From Caldivirga sp. (lineage in GTDB: Archaea; Thermoproteota; Thermoprotei; Thermoproteales; Thermocladiaceae), in the NCBI RefSeq assembly GCF_023256255.1, contig NZ_JAGDXD010000055.1:37500-69499 (forward strand): a DNA stretch of 32,000 nucleotides, given 5' to 3'. Below are positions 6,748 through 16,577 of the stretch, piece after piece. The notes under the pieces were generated by a model, which made no database searches, was not told where the DNA came from, and saw only the letters and a list, made by a program, of their open reading frames with translations. Every line of letters begins with the position of its first letter. Within the stretch, counting starts at the first letter, position 1. Made by a program: the position numbers and the translations under genes.

Positions 6748-7993
6748 TAATGGTTTCCATGATCTCCATTAATGCCTTTCCATACTCCTTAGTGCCAAGT
6801 GGTGTAACACCCATGTACCTGGCTATATCTTGTGTAACCTTTTTCTGCCTTATAGCCTCAGTAATAGCCTTATCAAGTAAGTTAGCTGCTTCACTCCAAT
6901 TCATGAACCTTAGGAGAAGTTCAATAGCCCTGATTTCACTGGTTGGGTTAGCAACATTCTTACCCGCGTACTTGGGTGCTGTTCCATGCATTGCCTCAAC
7001 CATTACTGCTGTGTCACCGACATTAGCAGCCCCAATCATACCAACATTACCCATTAATGATGCTGCTAGTTCACTTATGTAATCACCATTAACGTTTGGG
7101 GCTAGGACCACGTCATAGGATTCAGGTCTAGTGACAAGTTGGGCAAACATGTTATCAGCCATCCTATCATTCACAAGTATCTTTCCAGCTGGTACCTTAC
7201 CACCGTAAAGCTTATTGGCCTCATCCTCAGTTATAATGTAATCTCTGAACTCCTTTAAGGCGACTTCATAGGCCCATTCCCTGAAAGCACCCTCCGTGTA
7301 CTTCATTACATTACCCTTATGCATTATGGTTACTGACCTCCTCTTATTATTTAACGCAAACCTAAAGGCAAACCTGGCAACCCTCTGGGTCCTCCAACGG
7401 CTTATCGGCTTAATACCAATTCCGCAGTCCTCATCAACCTCAACCTTAAGTTCCTCCCTAAGGAACTTCCTTAACTTAGCCGCTTCAGGGCTATCCCAAG
7501 TCCACTCAAGCCCCTTATATAAGTCATCAGTGTTCTCCCTGACTATAACCCAATCAATCCTCTCAGGATTCTTCAATGGTGATTCAATACCCTGAACATA
7601 CTTAATAGGCCTAACATTGGCGTAGGTATCCAGTAGGAGCCTAATCGCCACGTTTATAGACCTCCAACCACCGCCAACTGGGGTTTCCAGCGGGCCCTTT
7701 AACACTACCCTATACTTCTGAAGGGCATCAATGGTCTCTTGAGGTAACCTACTACCGGTAAGCTTCTCAGCCTTCTCACCGGCGTAAACCTCCATCCACT
7801 TTATTTGTCTTGATGAACCGTAGGCTAGTTCAACCGCCTTATTAGCAACCTCCATGGCTACACTAACTATCTCTGGTCCTATTCCATCACCAAGTATGTA
7901 GAGGACTATAGGCTTATTTGGAACCTTTTCAAACACGGCATTCCTTATCACTATTGGTTCCCCATCCTCAGGTGGTTTATACTGAATAGGCAT
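6743..7993 (-). CDS. icd: isocitrate dehydrogenase (NADP-type, prokaryotic homodimeric family)
   Basis: ~416 aa with beta-decarboxylating dehydrogenase hallmarks: GDGIGPEI near the N-terminus, VLKGPLETPVGGGWRSINVAIR, IVRENTDDLY, NVNGDYISELAA, EAMHGTAPKYAGKNVANP. The track start is TTG at 7996; ATG at 7993 is preferred. Confidence 0.9.
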   Translation of the reverse strand: MPIQYKPPEDGEPIVIRNAVFEKVPNKPIVLYILGDGIGPEIVSVAMEVANKAVELAYGSSRQIKWMEVYAGEKAEKLTGSRLPQETIDALQKYRVVLKGPLETPVGGGWRSINVAIRLLLDTYANVRPIKYVQGIESPLKNPERIDWVIVRENTDDLYKGLEWTWDSPEAAKLRKFLREELKVEVDEDCGIGIKPISRWRTQRVARFAFRFALNNKRRSVTIMHKGNVMKYTEGAFREWAYEVALKEFRDYIITEDEANKLYGGKVPAGKILVNDRMADNMFAQLVTRPESYDVVLAPNVNGDYISELAASLMGNVGMIGAANVGDTAVMVEAMHGTAPKYAGKNVANPTSEIRAIELLLRFMNWSEAANLLDKAITEAIRQKKVTQDIARYMGVTPLGTKEYGKALMEIMETIK

Positions 7994-8076
7994 CAACCCT
8001 AGCTCTAAGTCTAATGTTTTAAGTCTTACTCTGGATTAGGGCATGTTTAAAATCATTAAATGAAATAGCACCTAGG

Positions 8077-8808
8077 TTACTTAACCACTAGAAGAATTGG
8101 ATAATGGTCGGAGCCCTCAATATTGAGGATATCCGCATCAATAACCCTCTCAATTAATTCACTTGAAACAAAACAGTAATCTATCCTCATTGCCATACTT
8201 TTATTCCTATAACTCCTCCACGAGTACTTAACCTCATTAGGGTGGATTAACCTAAATGTATCAATGAATCCCTTCCTAATGAATTCACTTAACCACTGTC
8301 TCTCTGGTGGTGATAAGCCTGGTTGATTCTCATTCCAGAAGCTTGAGTCCTGCCTAGCATATACTGCGTTAAAGTCACCGCAAATGATTACTGGTTTCCT
8401 TTGTCTTAAGTTTAATACGAAACTCTCAATACTCCTATTGAAAGCTAACTTAAATGGGAGCCTATTAAGGTTATCACCAGCCCTTGGGAAGTATGCGTTA
8501 ATTAAGTAGAAGTCAGAGAGCTCAATTGATATAACCCTACCCTCATCATCAAAGTCCCTTACCCCAATTCCCTTAATCACATTAATAGGCTTAACTCTAC
8601 TTAATGTTAACACTCCACTGTATCCTTTCCTCACCGCTGGGAATCCATAAATCTCGAAACCCATAGATAGTAAGTCTAAAGGTAAGTCGCTTGATTTGAT
8701 TTCCTGAAGTAAGGCAACGTCGAAGTCGTTAATCACCCTTAACGCACCCTTCCTTGATAGGCTCCTAACACCATTAACATTCCATGATATTAACTTCACA
8801 TGAAACAC
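8077..8808 (-). CDS. xth: exodeoxyribonuclease III / AP endonuclease (EEP superfamily)
   Basis: N-terminal ISWNVNGVRS, LLQEIK, internal ICGDFN and C-terminal GSDHYPILLVV match the ExoIII/APE1 pattern. Length 243 aa. Confidence 0.85.
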   Translation of the reverse strand: MFHVKLISWNVNGVRSLSRKGALRVINDFDVALLQEIKSSDLPLDLLSMGFEIYGFPAVRKGYSGVLTLSRVKPINVIKGIGVRDFDDEGRVISIELSDFYLINAYFPRAGDNLNRLPFKLAFNRSIESFVLNLRQRKPVIICGDFNAVYARQDSSFWNENQPGLSPPERQWLSEFIRKGFIDTFRLIHPNEVKYSWRSYRNKSMAMRIDYCFVSSELIERVIDADILNIEGSDHYPILLVVK

Positions 8809-8975
8809 CCCGGAATATTAAGTTAAGGCTCTTTTTGTGCACTACTGTTGAAATTAAACAATGTAATTGAGGAATTAATTCCACTTAGGGGCATACTCTT
8901 TGTAATTGATGGTAAAGCAGATGGAGATCCTTAAGTGAAAAAGGTATTTATCCCAGGGCTCAGTCCCATGACTTA

Positions 8976-10016
8976 ATGTACTATAGGTTCCCAACTACAA
9001 GACCAAGGAGGCTTAGGAGTAGTAGAATTATTAGGAACATGGTTTCTGAGACCTCATTATCCTCCAGTAATCTTGTTTGGCCATTGTTCATTAAGGATGA
9101 GGGACCTATTGAGCAGATAAACTCAATGCCTGGGCAGTACAGGTATCCTATTGGGGACGAGCTAATTAAGGCAGTTGACGATGCTGTGGAATCTGGGGTT
9201 AGGGCATTTTTACTATTTGGTGTAACTAAGCATAAGGATGCCGTAGGCTCCTTAGCATACGATAAGAAGGGACCAGTACCCATGGCGTTAAAAATGCTTA
9301 AGGATACCTTTGGCGACTCAATAATACTCATGACTGATGTATGCCTATGCGACTATACTGAGCATGGGCACTGTGGTGTAGTTGAATTTAAGGATCCGCC
9401 TGAACTTCAATACGCTAAGCAGCCTAAATACGTTGTTGATAATGATGCTACAATAGGCATTTACGCTAAGATTGCAGTCAACTACGCTGAAGCTGGGGCT
9501 GATGTAGTAGCCCCTTCAGGTATGATGGACGGGCAGGTTAAGGCTATAAGGGAGGCACTTGACAATAATGGGTTCAGTGACGTAGTGATAATGAGCTATA
9601 GCTCCAAGTACGCAAGCACGTTCTATGGCCCCTTCAGGGAGGCTGCTGATAGTGCACCTAAGTTTGGTGATAGACGCAGTTACCAGATGGATCCCAGGAA
9701 CGCTTATGAGGCTATTAAGGAGGTTTCAATGGATCTTGAGGAGGGGGCTGACATAGTTATGGTTAAGCCAGCAATGCCTTACCTTGACGTAATCAGGCTA
9801 GTTAAGCAAAACTTTCCTGAAGTACCCTTAGCCGCCTATCAAGTGAGTGGTGAATACTCAATGATTAAGGCCGCTGCATTAAATGGTTGGCTTAATGAGA
9901 AGATGGCTGTGCTAGAGTCATTAATAGCTATTAGGAGGGCTGGCGCCAACGTGATAATAACCTACTACGCTAAGGACGCTTCAAGGTGGATTACTGAAAT
10001 TGAGAACAACTTCTAG
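8976..10016 (+). CDS. hemB: porphobilinogen synthase (delta-aminolevulinic acid dehydratase), Zn/Cys-rich type
   Basis: RPRRLR near the N-terminus, Cys-rich metal site DVCLCDYTEHGHCG, PSGMMDGQV, VMVKPA and SGEYSMIKAA, all typical of HemB. 346 aa. Confidence 0.9.
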   Translation: MYYRFPTTRPRRLRSSRIIRNMVSETSLSSSNLVWPLFIKDEGPIEQINSMPGQYRYPIGDELIKAVDDAVESGVRAFLLFGVTKHKDAVGSLAYDKKGPVPMALKMLKDTFGDSIILMTDVCLCDYTEHGHCGVVEFKDPPELQYAKQPKYVVDNDATIGIYAKIAVNYAEAGADVVAPSGMMDGQVKAIREALDNNGFSDVVIMSYSSKYASTFYGPFREAADSAPKFGDRRSYQMDPRNAYEAIKEVSMDLEEGADIVMVKPAMPYLDVIRLVKQNFPEVPLAAYQVSGEYSMIKAAALNGWLNEKMAVLESLIAIRRAGANVIITYYAKDASRWITEIENNF

Positions 10017-10029
10017 CTATTATACTTAA

Positions 10030-10863
10030 CTATAAGGTAATAGTATCAGTAACCTTCTTACTATTAACATCAATTACCTTAAGTATGTTCCCTGATAGTA
10101 ACATTACCTTCGGTTTACTTAAACTATAAGGGCCTGATGATGATGTGAATAATGAGATTACTTTGCCATCATGGAACTTCCAGTATCCCTCAGTTATGTA
10201 ACTATGGCCCCTCACTATGAGGTTAATGTTATTCCTTTTAATGAAATCCCTTGTAACATCAGGACCAAATAGGTAGGCGCCAATTCCCCTAGGGCTATCT
10301 ACAAATCCCTTAACCTCATCACTTGGGTCATTCCAAAGAATTTGAAAGGCCATTGGGTTACTTGGCTCATCATCATGTTTACTTAACTTAAGTATATCAT
10401 TAATGGTTTCTAGGCCCTTAGCTAAACCACCATGTAGGAGAAGTATCTTATCATTCAATAAAGCCGCGTAAGGTAATGCTGGGAATAATTCATGCATTAT
10501 CGTATTCAATAAGCCTTGGCCAAGTAGTGGTAATGCTTCATCCATGAAACCATAGACCTCATTCATAACATATGATTCATGATTACCCCTTAACGGTATC
10601 ATGCTTCCCTGCAGGAATAACTTGAGGACACCCTCAAGGGTCTCAACCTGATATTCCCCCCTATCAACATAATCCCCTAAACCTATGTAGAACCAGTCGC
10701 CGGGTGGGTAATCGTTAATCACCTTCTCTAGGGAATCTAAGTCACCGTGTAGGTCACCCAATATCACCACCTTATCTGAATTAATCTTAACTAAGGTATC
10801 TAATTCACTTAACCTATCTAATGCCTTATCCACTAGTTCTTTAAAATGACTCCTATTAGTCAT
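10030..10863 (-). CDS. PPP-family Ser/Thr protein phosphatase (archaeal PP1-like metallophosphoesterase)
   Basis: Contains the three PPP signature motifs in order: GDLHGD (GDxHG), GDYVDRG (GDxVDRG), RGNHE (GNHE). 277 aa. Confidence 0.8.
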   Translation of the reverse strand: MTNRSHFKELVDKALDRLSELDTLVKINSDKVVILGDLHGDLDSLEKVINDYPPGDWFYIGLGDYVDRGEYQVETLEGVLKLFLQGSMIPLRGNHESYVMNEVYGFMDEALPLLGQGLLNTIMHELFPALPYAALLNDKILLLHGGLAKGLETINDILKLSKHDDEPSNPMAFQILWNDPSDEVKGFVDSPRGIGAYLFGPDVTRDFIKRNNINLIVRGHSYITEGYWKFHDGKVISLFTSSSGPYSLSKPKVMLLSGNILKVIDVNSKKVTDTITL

Positions 10864-10900
10864 TGTTACTTAGCCTTAATTCCTAATTACTTTAATAAGA

Positions 10901-11647
10901 TTACGCGCTTGGTCTCTGAGGCAGCCCCTCGTTCTTAGCCTCCTCAATTAACTTCTTCAGTTCCTCAGCGGTTAGTTTCCTGAAGGACTTGGTCTTAGCA
11001 TCAATAACTCCAATTTCAAATCTGTCAGACTCAAGGCTCTCTGCCACTAGGCTTAGTGACTTAATGGTTAACTTAACGCATGAATTAATATCCATCTCAT
11101 ATTTATAGTTCTTCTCAAGGTATTCAAGTATTAAAGATGAGCCACTTCCTAATGCTGTTGCGTAGTAGCCAAAGTATATTCCACTTGGGTCTGTTTGGTA
11201 AAGCCTTGGACCATTCTTATCAACACCCCCTATTATTAATGCTATACCGAAGGGTCTAACACCACCATGTTGAGTGTAGGCTTGCTCCAGGTCACTAATC
11301 CTCTTAGTTATGTACTCGACATCAGCCTGCTCATCATAGAGAAGCCTATATACTTGGGCCTGTTCCCTAGCGTAATCTATCAGGATCCTAGCGTCTGAGA
11401 GTAATCCTGCTGAAGCAGCACCAATATGGGTATCAATCATATACACCTTCTCTATTGAATTAAGATCTATTAATGGCCCCAGTTTCCTTTTTTCAGCAGC
11501 AAGTACAACACCATCAGAACATTTTAAGCCAACAGTAGCCCACCCCCTCTTAACTGCCTCACCAGCATACCTAACCTGGTATAATTCACCCTCTGGGCTA
11601 AATATCGTTATAGCCCGATCATATCCAGCCATCTGTGGACTAAACAT
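10901..11647 (-). CDS. psmA: proteasome subunit alpha
   Basis: N-terminus YDRAITIFSPEGELYQVRYAGEAVKRG is the canonical alpha-subunit signature. 248 aa. Confidence 0.9.
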   Translation of the reverse strand: MFSPQMAGYDRAITIFSPEGELYQVRYAGEAVKRGWATVGLKCSDGVVLAAEKRKLGPLIDLNSIEKVYMIDTHIGAASAGLLSDARILIDYAREQAQVYRLLYDEQADVEYITKRISDLEQAYTQHGGVRPFGIALIIGGVDKNGPRLYQTDPSGIYFGYYATALGSGSSLILEYLEKNYKYEMDINSCVKLTIKSLSLVAESLESDRFEIGVIDAKTKSFRKLTAEELKKLIEEAKNEGLPQRPSA

Positions 11648-11841
11648 ACTGAAAACCTAGTTGCCCTGTGTTTTTAACCTTTAACTAATAGTTCACAGCT
11701 ATCCTAATCTAGGTCACCATCAGTAAGCCCATTAGTATGGATTAATATGCCTTAGAATGGCTTAGATAGTAACTTTAATGGGCTTATGAACATTAATGAA
11801 TAATGAACGCTAAGCACAAATGATAAAGTTAATTAGGTAGC

Positions 11842-12576
11842 TTACTTTCTAACTATTAAATATCTAGTAAGTACAAGCAGTGCAGCTGCCGTTAGAATCA
11901 GTGATACTATTGATAAAATCAGTGATAGGTTAATTAACTCTGCATTATAGCCTACAATGCTAACTTTATTGACTGTAACCGTTGCCGTAACTGTGGTTAA
12001 TAGGGTGCTATACGATGTTGAGTAAATGACACTACTCACTGTACTAACCGTGGTTACTGTTTCAGTTATAATTGAGGTTTCAGTTACGGTGATTGTCTTG
12101 TTAATTAGTCTTGGGATTAATGACGACGTATTCGATACCGTTACGGTATATGAACTAGTACGTAACTGAGGCTCAACAGTTATGTTCACAGTCCTTTCAT
12201 CAACAAGTACCCAGGATCCATTAAGTAGATAGTAAAGGCTTACGTTCAACCTATTAACACCAACATGGGGTAAGGATACAAGAAACGTGAACCTAAGTAT
12301 ACCTGGTGCAGTACTTATTGGTAAACTTCCAAGCGTTAAGGATCCATTACTTAATACTACCATTATTGTTGACATGCATGAGTTAGGGCTTGTTATAAGG
12401 CATGGAGGAGCATACTCAACTATCACCGTTATATTAGTGGGTTGCCCTACCTCCACTGGGCTAGTGTAGTTAACTTCAATTATCTTAGTATAATTCTCAT
12501 AGTTACCCTGAGCCAATACGCATACTGATACAGCCAATACTGCAATCACCACACCCACTAGCACTCTCTCATCCAT
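11842..12576 (-). CDS. cell-surface glycoprotein-like protein with Thr/Ser/Val-rich stalk and C-terminal TM anchor
   Basis: N-terminal hydrophobic signal (VLVGVVIAVLAVSVCVLA). Sequons NYT, NIT, NGS, NVS, NIT, NTS and NKT. Low-complexity TVTETSIITETVTTVSTVSSVIYSTSYSTLLTTVTATVTV. C-terminal helix LSLILSIVSLILTAAALLVL followed by basic residues. Confidence 0.6.
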   Translation of the reverse strand: MDERVLVGVVIAVLAVSVCVLAQGNYENYTKIIEVNYTSPVEVGQPTNITVIVEYAPPCLITSPNSCMSTIMVVLSNGSLTLGSLPISTAPGILRFTFLVSLPHVGVNRLNVSLYYLLNGSWVLVDERTVNITVEPQLRTSSYTVTVSNTSSLIPRLINKTITVTETSIITETVTTVSTVSSVIYSTSYSTLLTTVTATVTVNKVSIVGYNAELINLSLILSIVSLILTAAALLVLTRYLIVRK

Positions 12577-12654
12577 AACCTAAGCCCAGTTAAGCTAATT
12601 ATTATGCGTTTCGAGGACACTAAATTAATTAAGGTTTAAGTAAGGGGCTAAAGT

Positions 12655-13710
12655 ATGAAGTACGTTAGGTTCGGTAACAGTGGAATAAAGGTGTCTGAAA
12701 TATGCCTTGGTTTATGGCATCTCCCTCCTTCTAGGGTTAAGGATGAGTATGGTGTCTATAAGGTTGATGAGGAGGAGGCTATTAGGATAATTAAGAGGGC
12801 TATTGACTTAGGAATCAACTTCATAGACACAGCCAATATATATCATGGAACTATGCAGGGACCGGACCCTATCCATGCTGGTAATGCTGAGAGAATACTG
12901 GGTAAGGCAATAAGAGGTTATGATAGGGAATCATTAGTTATAACTACTAAGGTTAGGGGACGGATGGCTCCTTGGCCTAATGGGGAGGGGTTGTCTAGGA
13001 AGCACATTAGGTGGCAGATTAAGGAATCATTAAGGAGACTAGGGACAAGCTACGTAGACTTATACTTAATGCATAGGCCTGATCCATCTACACCAATTGA
13101 GGAAACCTTGGACACATTAAAGGACTTAGTTAGCCAGGGCCTTGTTCACTATGTTGGGGAAAGTTACTTCCACCCTGATGACATACGGTATATTGTTGAG
13201 TACTCTAGGAGCATTCACTTACCTTTCATAGCCATGCAGGAGCCTTATAACTTAATTGAACGCGACATAGAGAAGGATAAAGTACCGTTGGCCAGTAAGT
13301 ACGGTTTAGGCATAATGGCCTATATACCTCTTGCTCAGGGGGTGTTAACAGGCAAGTATCTTAACGGCATACCTGAGATGTCTAGGGCAAGTTACGTTGA
13401 TGAAATACGGTGGAGGTACTTAACTCCAGAGACGCTGAAAGCAATGAGGGAGTTCCATGAAATAGCAAAGGAATTAGGGGTCACTGACGCTCAATTAGCA
13501 TTAGCGTGGATTTTGAAGAAATCAGAGGAGATGGGGGTTACCATAGTACCAATAATAGGTGCCACAAGTATAACTCAACTTGAGGATAATGTAGGGAGCG
13601 TTAATGTTACATTAAGTAGCGATGTGATGAAAAGATTAGATGAAATCTCCAAGATGGCTAGGGTTAATTGGGAAATCAAGTATGATAGGATAATTAAATT
13701 AACCCAGTAG
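12655..13710 (+). CDS. aldo/keto reductase family oxidoreductase
   Basis: N-terminal GNSGIKVSEICLG, INFIDTANIY, LGKAI, VITTK, YVDLYLMHRPD and C-terminal IIGATSITQLEDN follow the AKR family pattern. 351 aa. Confidence 0.85.
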   Translation: MKYVRFGNSGIKVSEICLGLWHLPPSRVKDEYGVYKVDEEEAIRIIKRAIDLGINFIDTANIYHGTMQGPDPIHAGNAERILGKAIRGYDRESLVITTKVRGRMAPWPNGEGLSRKHIRWQIKESLRRLGTSYVDLYLMHRPDPSTPIEETLDTLKDLVSQGLVHYVGESYFHPDDIRYIVEYSRSIHLPFIAMQEPYNLIERDIEKDKVPLASKYGLGIMAYIPLAQGVLTGKYLNGIPEMSRASYVDEIRWRYLTPETLKAMREFHEIAKELGVTDAQLALAWILKKSEEMGVTIVPIIGATSITQLEDNVGSVNVTLSSDVMKRLDEISKMARVNWEIKYDRIIKLTQ

Positions 13711-13915
13711 TTAAATTCATTGTCACTTAGTAGTTAAAACATACTTTACAGTAAGGGTCATGCCGGGTTCAATTCATCACACTCTCAGAAGCACCCCTAC
13801 TCACTAATCACCAGCTGGTGTTAAATACCTGTATTTTTATAGTTACCCATTTATGATGACTATAATTAATCTAGGCATGGGAAAGTTAGAAGTCATAATT
13901 TAAGTTATTTAATTT

Positions 13916-13921
13916 AAAAAA
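13916..13921 (-). terminator. oligo-T tract downstream of EF-1alpha
   Basis: The minus strand reads TTTTTT about 27 nt after the TAA stop (13950..13948). Oligo-T tracts are the usual archaeal termination signal. Confidence 0.35.
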
Positions 13922-13947
13922 CACCCTACAATAATGAATACTACTCA

Positions 13948-15282
13948 TTACCTCTTTATCTCAACTTTAGCAGGCTTAATCTCTATTATTTGCCCAGCCG
14001 CCACAGTCCTGCCCATGTCTCTAAGTGAGAATCTACCTAAGGCAGGTAGGTCTGAGAACCTTTCAACAACCACCGGCTTAAGCGGCTTAAGCCTAACCAT
14101 TGCTACATCACCCCTCTTTATGAATTGAGGCTTCTGCTCAACTGTTTGCCCAGTGGCTGGATCTAACCTTGATATTAATTCGATTATTTGGGTTGGCACG
14201 GTAGCAGTGTGCACATGCATGACTGGGGTGTACCCTATGCCTATTGTGGTTGGGTGCTCTAAGACAGCTATTCTGGCCACTATCTCCTCGGCAACGGTTG
14301 GTGGATTACTTAAATGACCGACTACGTCACCTCTCTTTAAATCCTGCCTCTCGAAACCCCTAACGTTAATACCCACGTTATCGCCTGCCTTAGCCTCCTC
14401 AAGCTTCATATGGTGGGTCTCAATACTCCTCACATCACCGACCTTGGCTGGTGGTAATGCTACAATTGTGTCGCCTACCTTAACTACGCCTGATTCAACC
14501 CTACCAGTTATTACAGTGCCAGCACCAGTTATCGAGAACACATCCTGTATAGGTAACCTAAGTGGCTTATCAATTGGCCTCTGCGGTGGTTCAATTGAGT
14601 CAAGGGCCTCTAATAGAACTGGGCCATTATACCAAGGCATGTTACTGCTCTTAGCCTTAATGTTATCACCCCTAACTGCACTCACCGGTATGAAGGGTAC
14701 CTTATTAACATCATACCTAAGTATCTTAAGTATCTTAGTTAACTCACCTCTTATTTGCTCGTACCTCTTTTGATCATAGTTAACAACATCCATCTTATTA
14801 ACAGCAACTATTAAATTCCTTATACCAAGTGTCCAAGCCAGAAACAGATGCTCCCTTGTCTGCCCCTGTGGACCAACACCAGACTCAAACTCACCTGGCC
14901 TTGCTGAGACAACTAGTAGAGCGGCATCAGCCTGGCTTGCACCTACGATCATATTCTTCACGAAGTCCCTATGACCAGGTAGGTCTATTATTGTGAAGAA
15001 GTACTTGGGGGTCTCGAAACCCACATGCATGGCCTCAATGGTGACACCCCTCTCCCTCTCCTCCTTAAGCCTATCCATTATCCAAGCATACTTGAAGTCC
15101 TCCTTGCCTAACTTCTTAGCCTCAGCCTCAAGTTCAGCGAAGGCCTTCTCATCAACATATCCTGTTTCAAGCAGCAACCTACCTGTTAATGTTGACTTAC
15201 CATGATCCACATGCCCTATTATAGCTAGGTTTAGGTGAGGCTTCTTCAATGCACTCTCAGTAGGGTTCTTTATTATGCTCAT
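13948..15282 (-). CDS. tuf: translation elongation factor 1-alpha (aEF-1A)
   Basis: GTPase motifs GHVDHGKST (G1), DLPGHRDF (G3) and NKMD (G4), with overall EF-1alpha colinearity. The track start is TTG at 15285; ATG at 15282 is preferred. Confidence 0.95.
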   Translation of the reverse strand: MSIIKNPTESALKKPHLNLAIIGHVDHGKSTLTGRLLLETGYVDEKAFAELEAEAKKLGKEDFKYAWIMDRLKEERERGVTIEAMHVGFETPKYFFTIIDLPGHRDFVKNMIVGASQADAALLVVSARPGEFESGVGPQGQTREHLFLAWTLGIRNLIVAVNKMDVVNYDQKRYEQIRGELTKILKILRYDVNKVPFIPVSAVRGDNIKAKSSNMPWYNGPVLLEALDSIEPPQRPIDKPLRLPIQDVFSITGAGTVITGRVESGVVKVGDTIVALPPAKVGDVRSIETHHMKLEEAKAGDNVGINVRGFERQDLKRGDVVGHLSNPPTVAEEIVARIAVLEHPTTIGIGYTPVMHVHTATVPTQIIELISRLDPATGQTVEQKPQFIKRGDVAMVRLKPLKPVVVERFSDLPALGRFSLRDMGRTVAAGQIIEIKPAKVEIKR

Positions 15283-15491
15283 CAATAGAAGCCATTAATC
15301 TACTCTTTAAAAATTTAACTGAACGGATCCTTAATACGTATGCTTAAACCGCAAACCCTTACTCGTAATCCTAATAATACCTCGCTGAAGGCTAACTCAC
15401 TCCTCATTTCCCAAATAGAGTGAATTATTAATCCTTAAAGTACCTTACAGCTTGCCTATTGTGATTAAGAGGGTAATCATCAGGACTTAGG

Positions 15492-16532
15492 TTAAATTAA
15501 TGACTTAACGTAGCTTATTAGCCTACTTTTAAATGCCTTATAGGTGAATAATACTGAATGCTCCCTAACCCTCATACTGTAGGCATTAAACAACTCCTCA
15601 TTACTCAGCAGCCTAATTATTGATTCAACAGCCTCATTACTGCTTAAGTACCCTAACCCAAATTCACCGTACTCAACTATGTCACTCCATAAGCCACCCG
15701 ACTTATGCACAACAGGCACTACCCCAGCATACTGGGCCTCAGCTGCAACAAGGCCGAAATGCTCATTAAATGCAGTGTGGAGTAATACCTTGGCTCTACA
15801 TAAGTAATCCCACTTAGTTTCCTCACTGGCATCAAGTATGAATTCGATATGCTTAGCCTGCTTCCTAATGCACCTAAAGTATTCTTGATTGTAAGGTAGT
15901 CCAATGATGTAGAACGTAGCCTTAGGATAATGTGCATAGACAGCTTCCATTATTTTAACGGCGTCTGTAATTCTCTTATCAGTAGCTATCCTACCTACGG
16001 TAATCACCATGTCCTCTTTACGCACTGAACCACATTCATGCGGTATTACTGGAGGATAAAGCACGCCACTTAGCTTTGGCCTATAGGGTAATTGATTAAG
16101 GGTCCACTTTGAATTAGCTAGAAGTAACCTAGGCCCTAGGATAGGTAATGTGATTCTGTTAAATTCTAGGAAAATCCTCCTCCTGAGCCTATAGGGTGGC
16201 ATGTATGTTCCTGGATTATTCAAGTAACCTATATCAAATGGCCAAAACATAACGTGGTAAACAGTGTTTATTGTTAGATCATATCCTAAGCTCATTAGAC
16301 CTGTTATAATATTCCTAGTTAATCCACGTACGGGTAAATTAGGATCATGCTCAAACACGCTTACTATCCTACGTGCTGGTATATCGCTAATCCTACGGTC
16401 TATTCCCCCATTGAAAAGTAGAACAATATCTACTGTAAATCCACTTTCATGAAGAGCCTTAGCCATTGCATATGTTACTAGCTCCTGACCACCCCATCTA
16501 CTTAAGGTATCGTAAACTATGGCCACATTCAT
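15492..16532 (-). CDS. glycosyltransferase, GT-B fold (GT4-like)
   Basis: C-terminal domain carries the E-x7-E motif region EHFGLVAAEAQYAGVVPVV typical of GT4 retaining glycosyltransferases. N-terminus MNVAIVYDTLSRWGGQE. 346 aa. Confidence 0.8.
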   Translation of the reverse strand: MNVAIVYDTLSRWGGQELVTYAMAKALHESGFTVDIVLLFNGGIDRRISDIPARRIVSVFEHDPNLPVRGLTRNIITGLMSLGYDLTINTVYHVMFWPFDIGYLNNPGTYMPPYRLRRRIFLEFNRITLPILGPRLLLANSKWTLNQLPYRPKLSGVLYPPVIPHECGSVRKEDMVITVGRIATDKRITDAVKIMEAVYAHYPKATFYIIGLPYNQEYFRCIRKQAKHIEFILDASEETKWDYLCRAKVLLHTAFNEHFGLVAAEAQYAGVVPVVHKSGGLWSDIVEYGEFGLGYLSSNEAVESIIRLLSNEELFNAYSMRVREHSVLFTYKAFKSRLISYVKSLI

Positions 16533-16577
16533 TAGTCACTCACCGCATTAGCTGGTATTAAGCATTAATGAATCAAG

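Noticed and set aside
11950-12130. Repetitive GTTAC(N)GT-type DNA, as a possible repeat array or CRISPR
   Set aside because: It lies inside an intact ORF and encodes the Thr/Ser/Val-rich stalk of a surface protein. It has no regular repeat-spacer periodicity.
13762-13775. GCCGGGTTCAATTC as a tRNA T-arm
   Set aside because: The 3' side lacks the complementary CCCGG(C) stem, and no acceptor, D or anticodon arms can be drawn. At most it is a decayed fragment.
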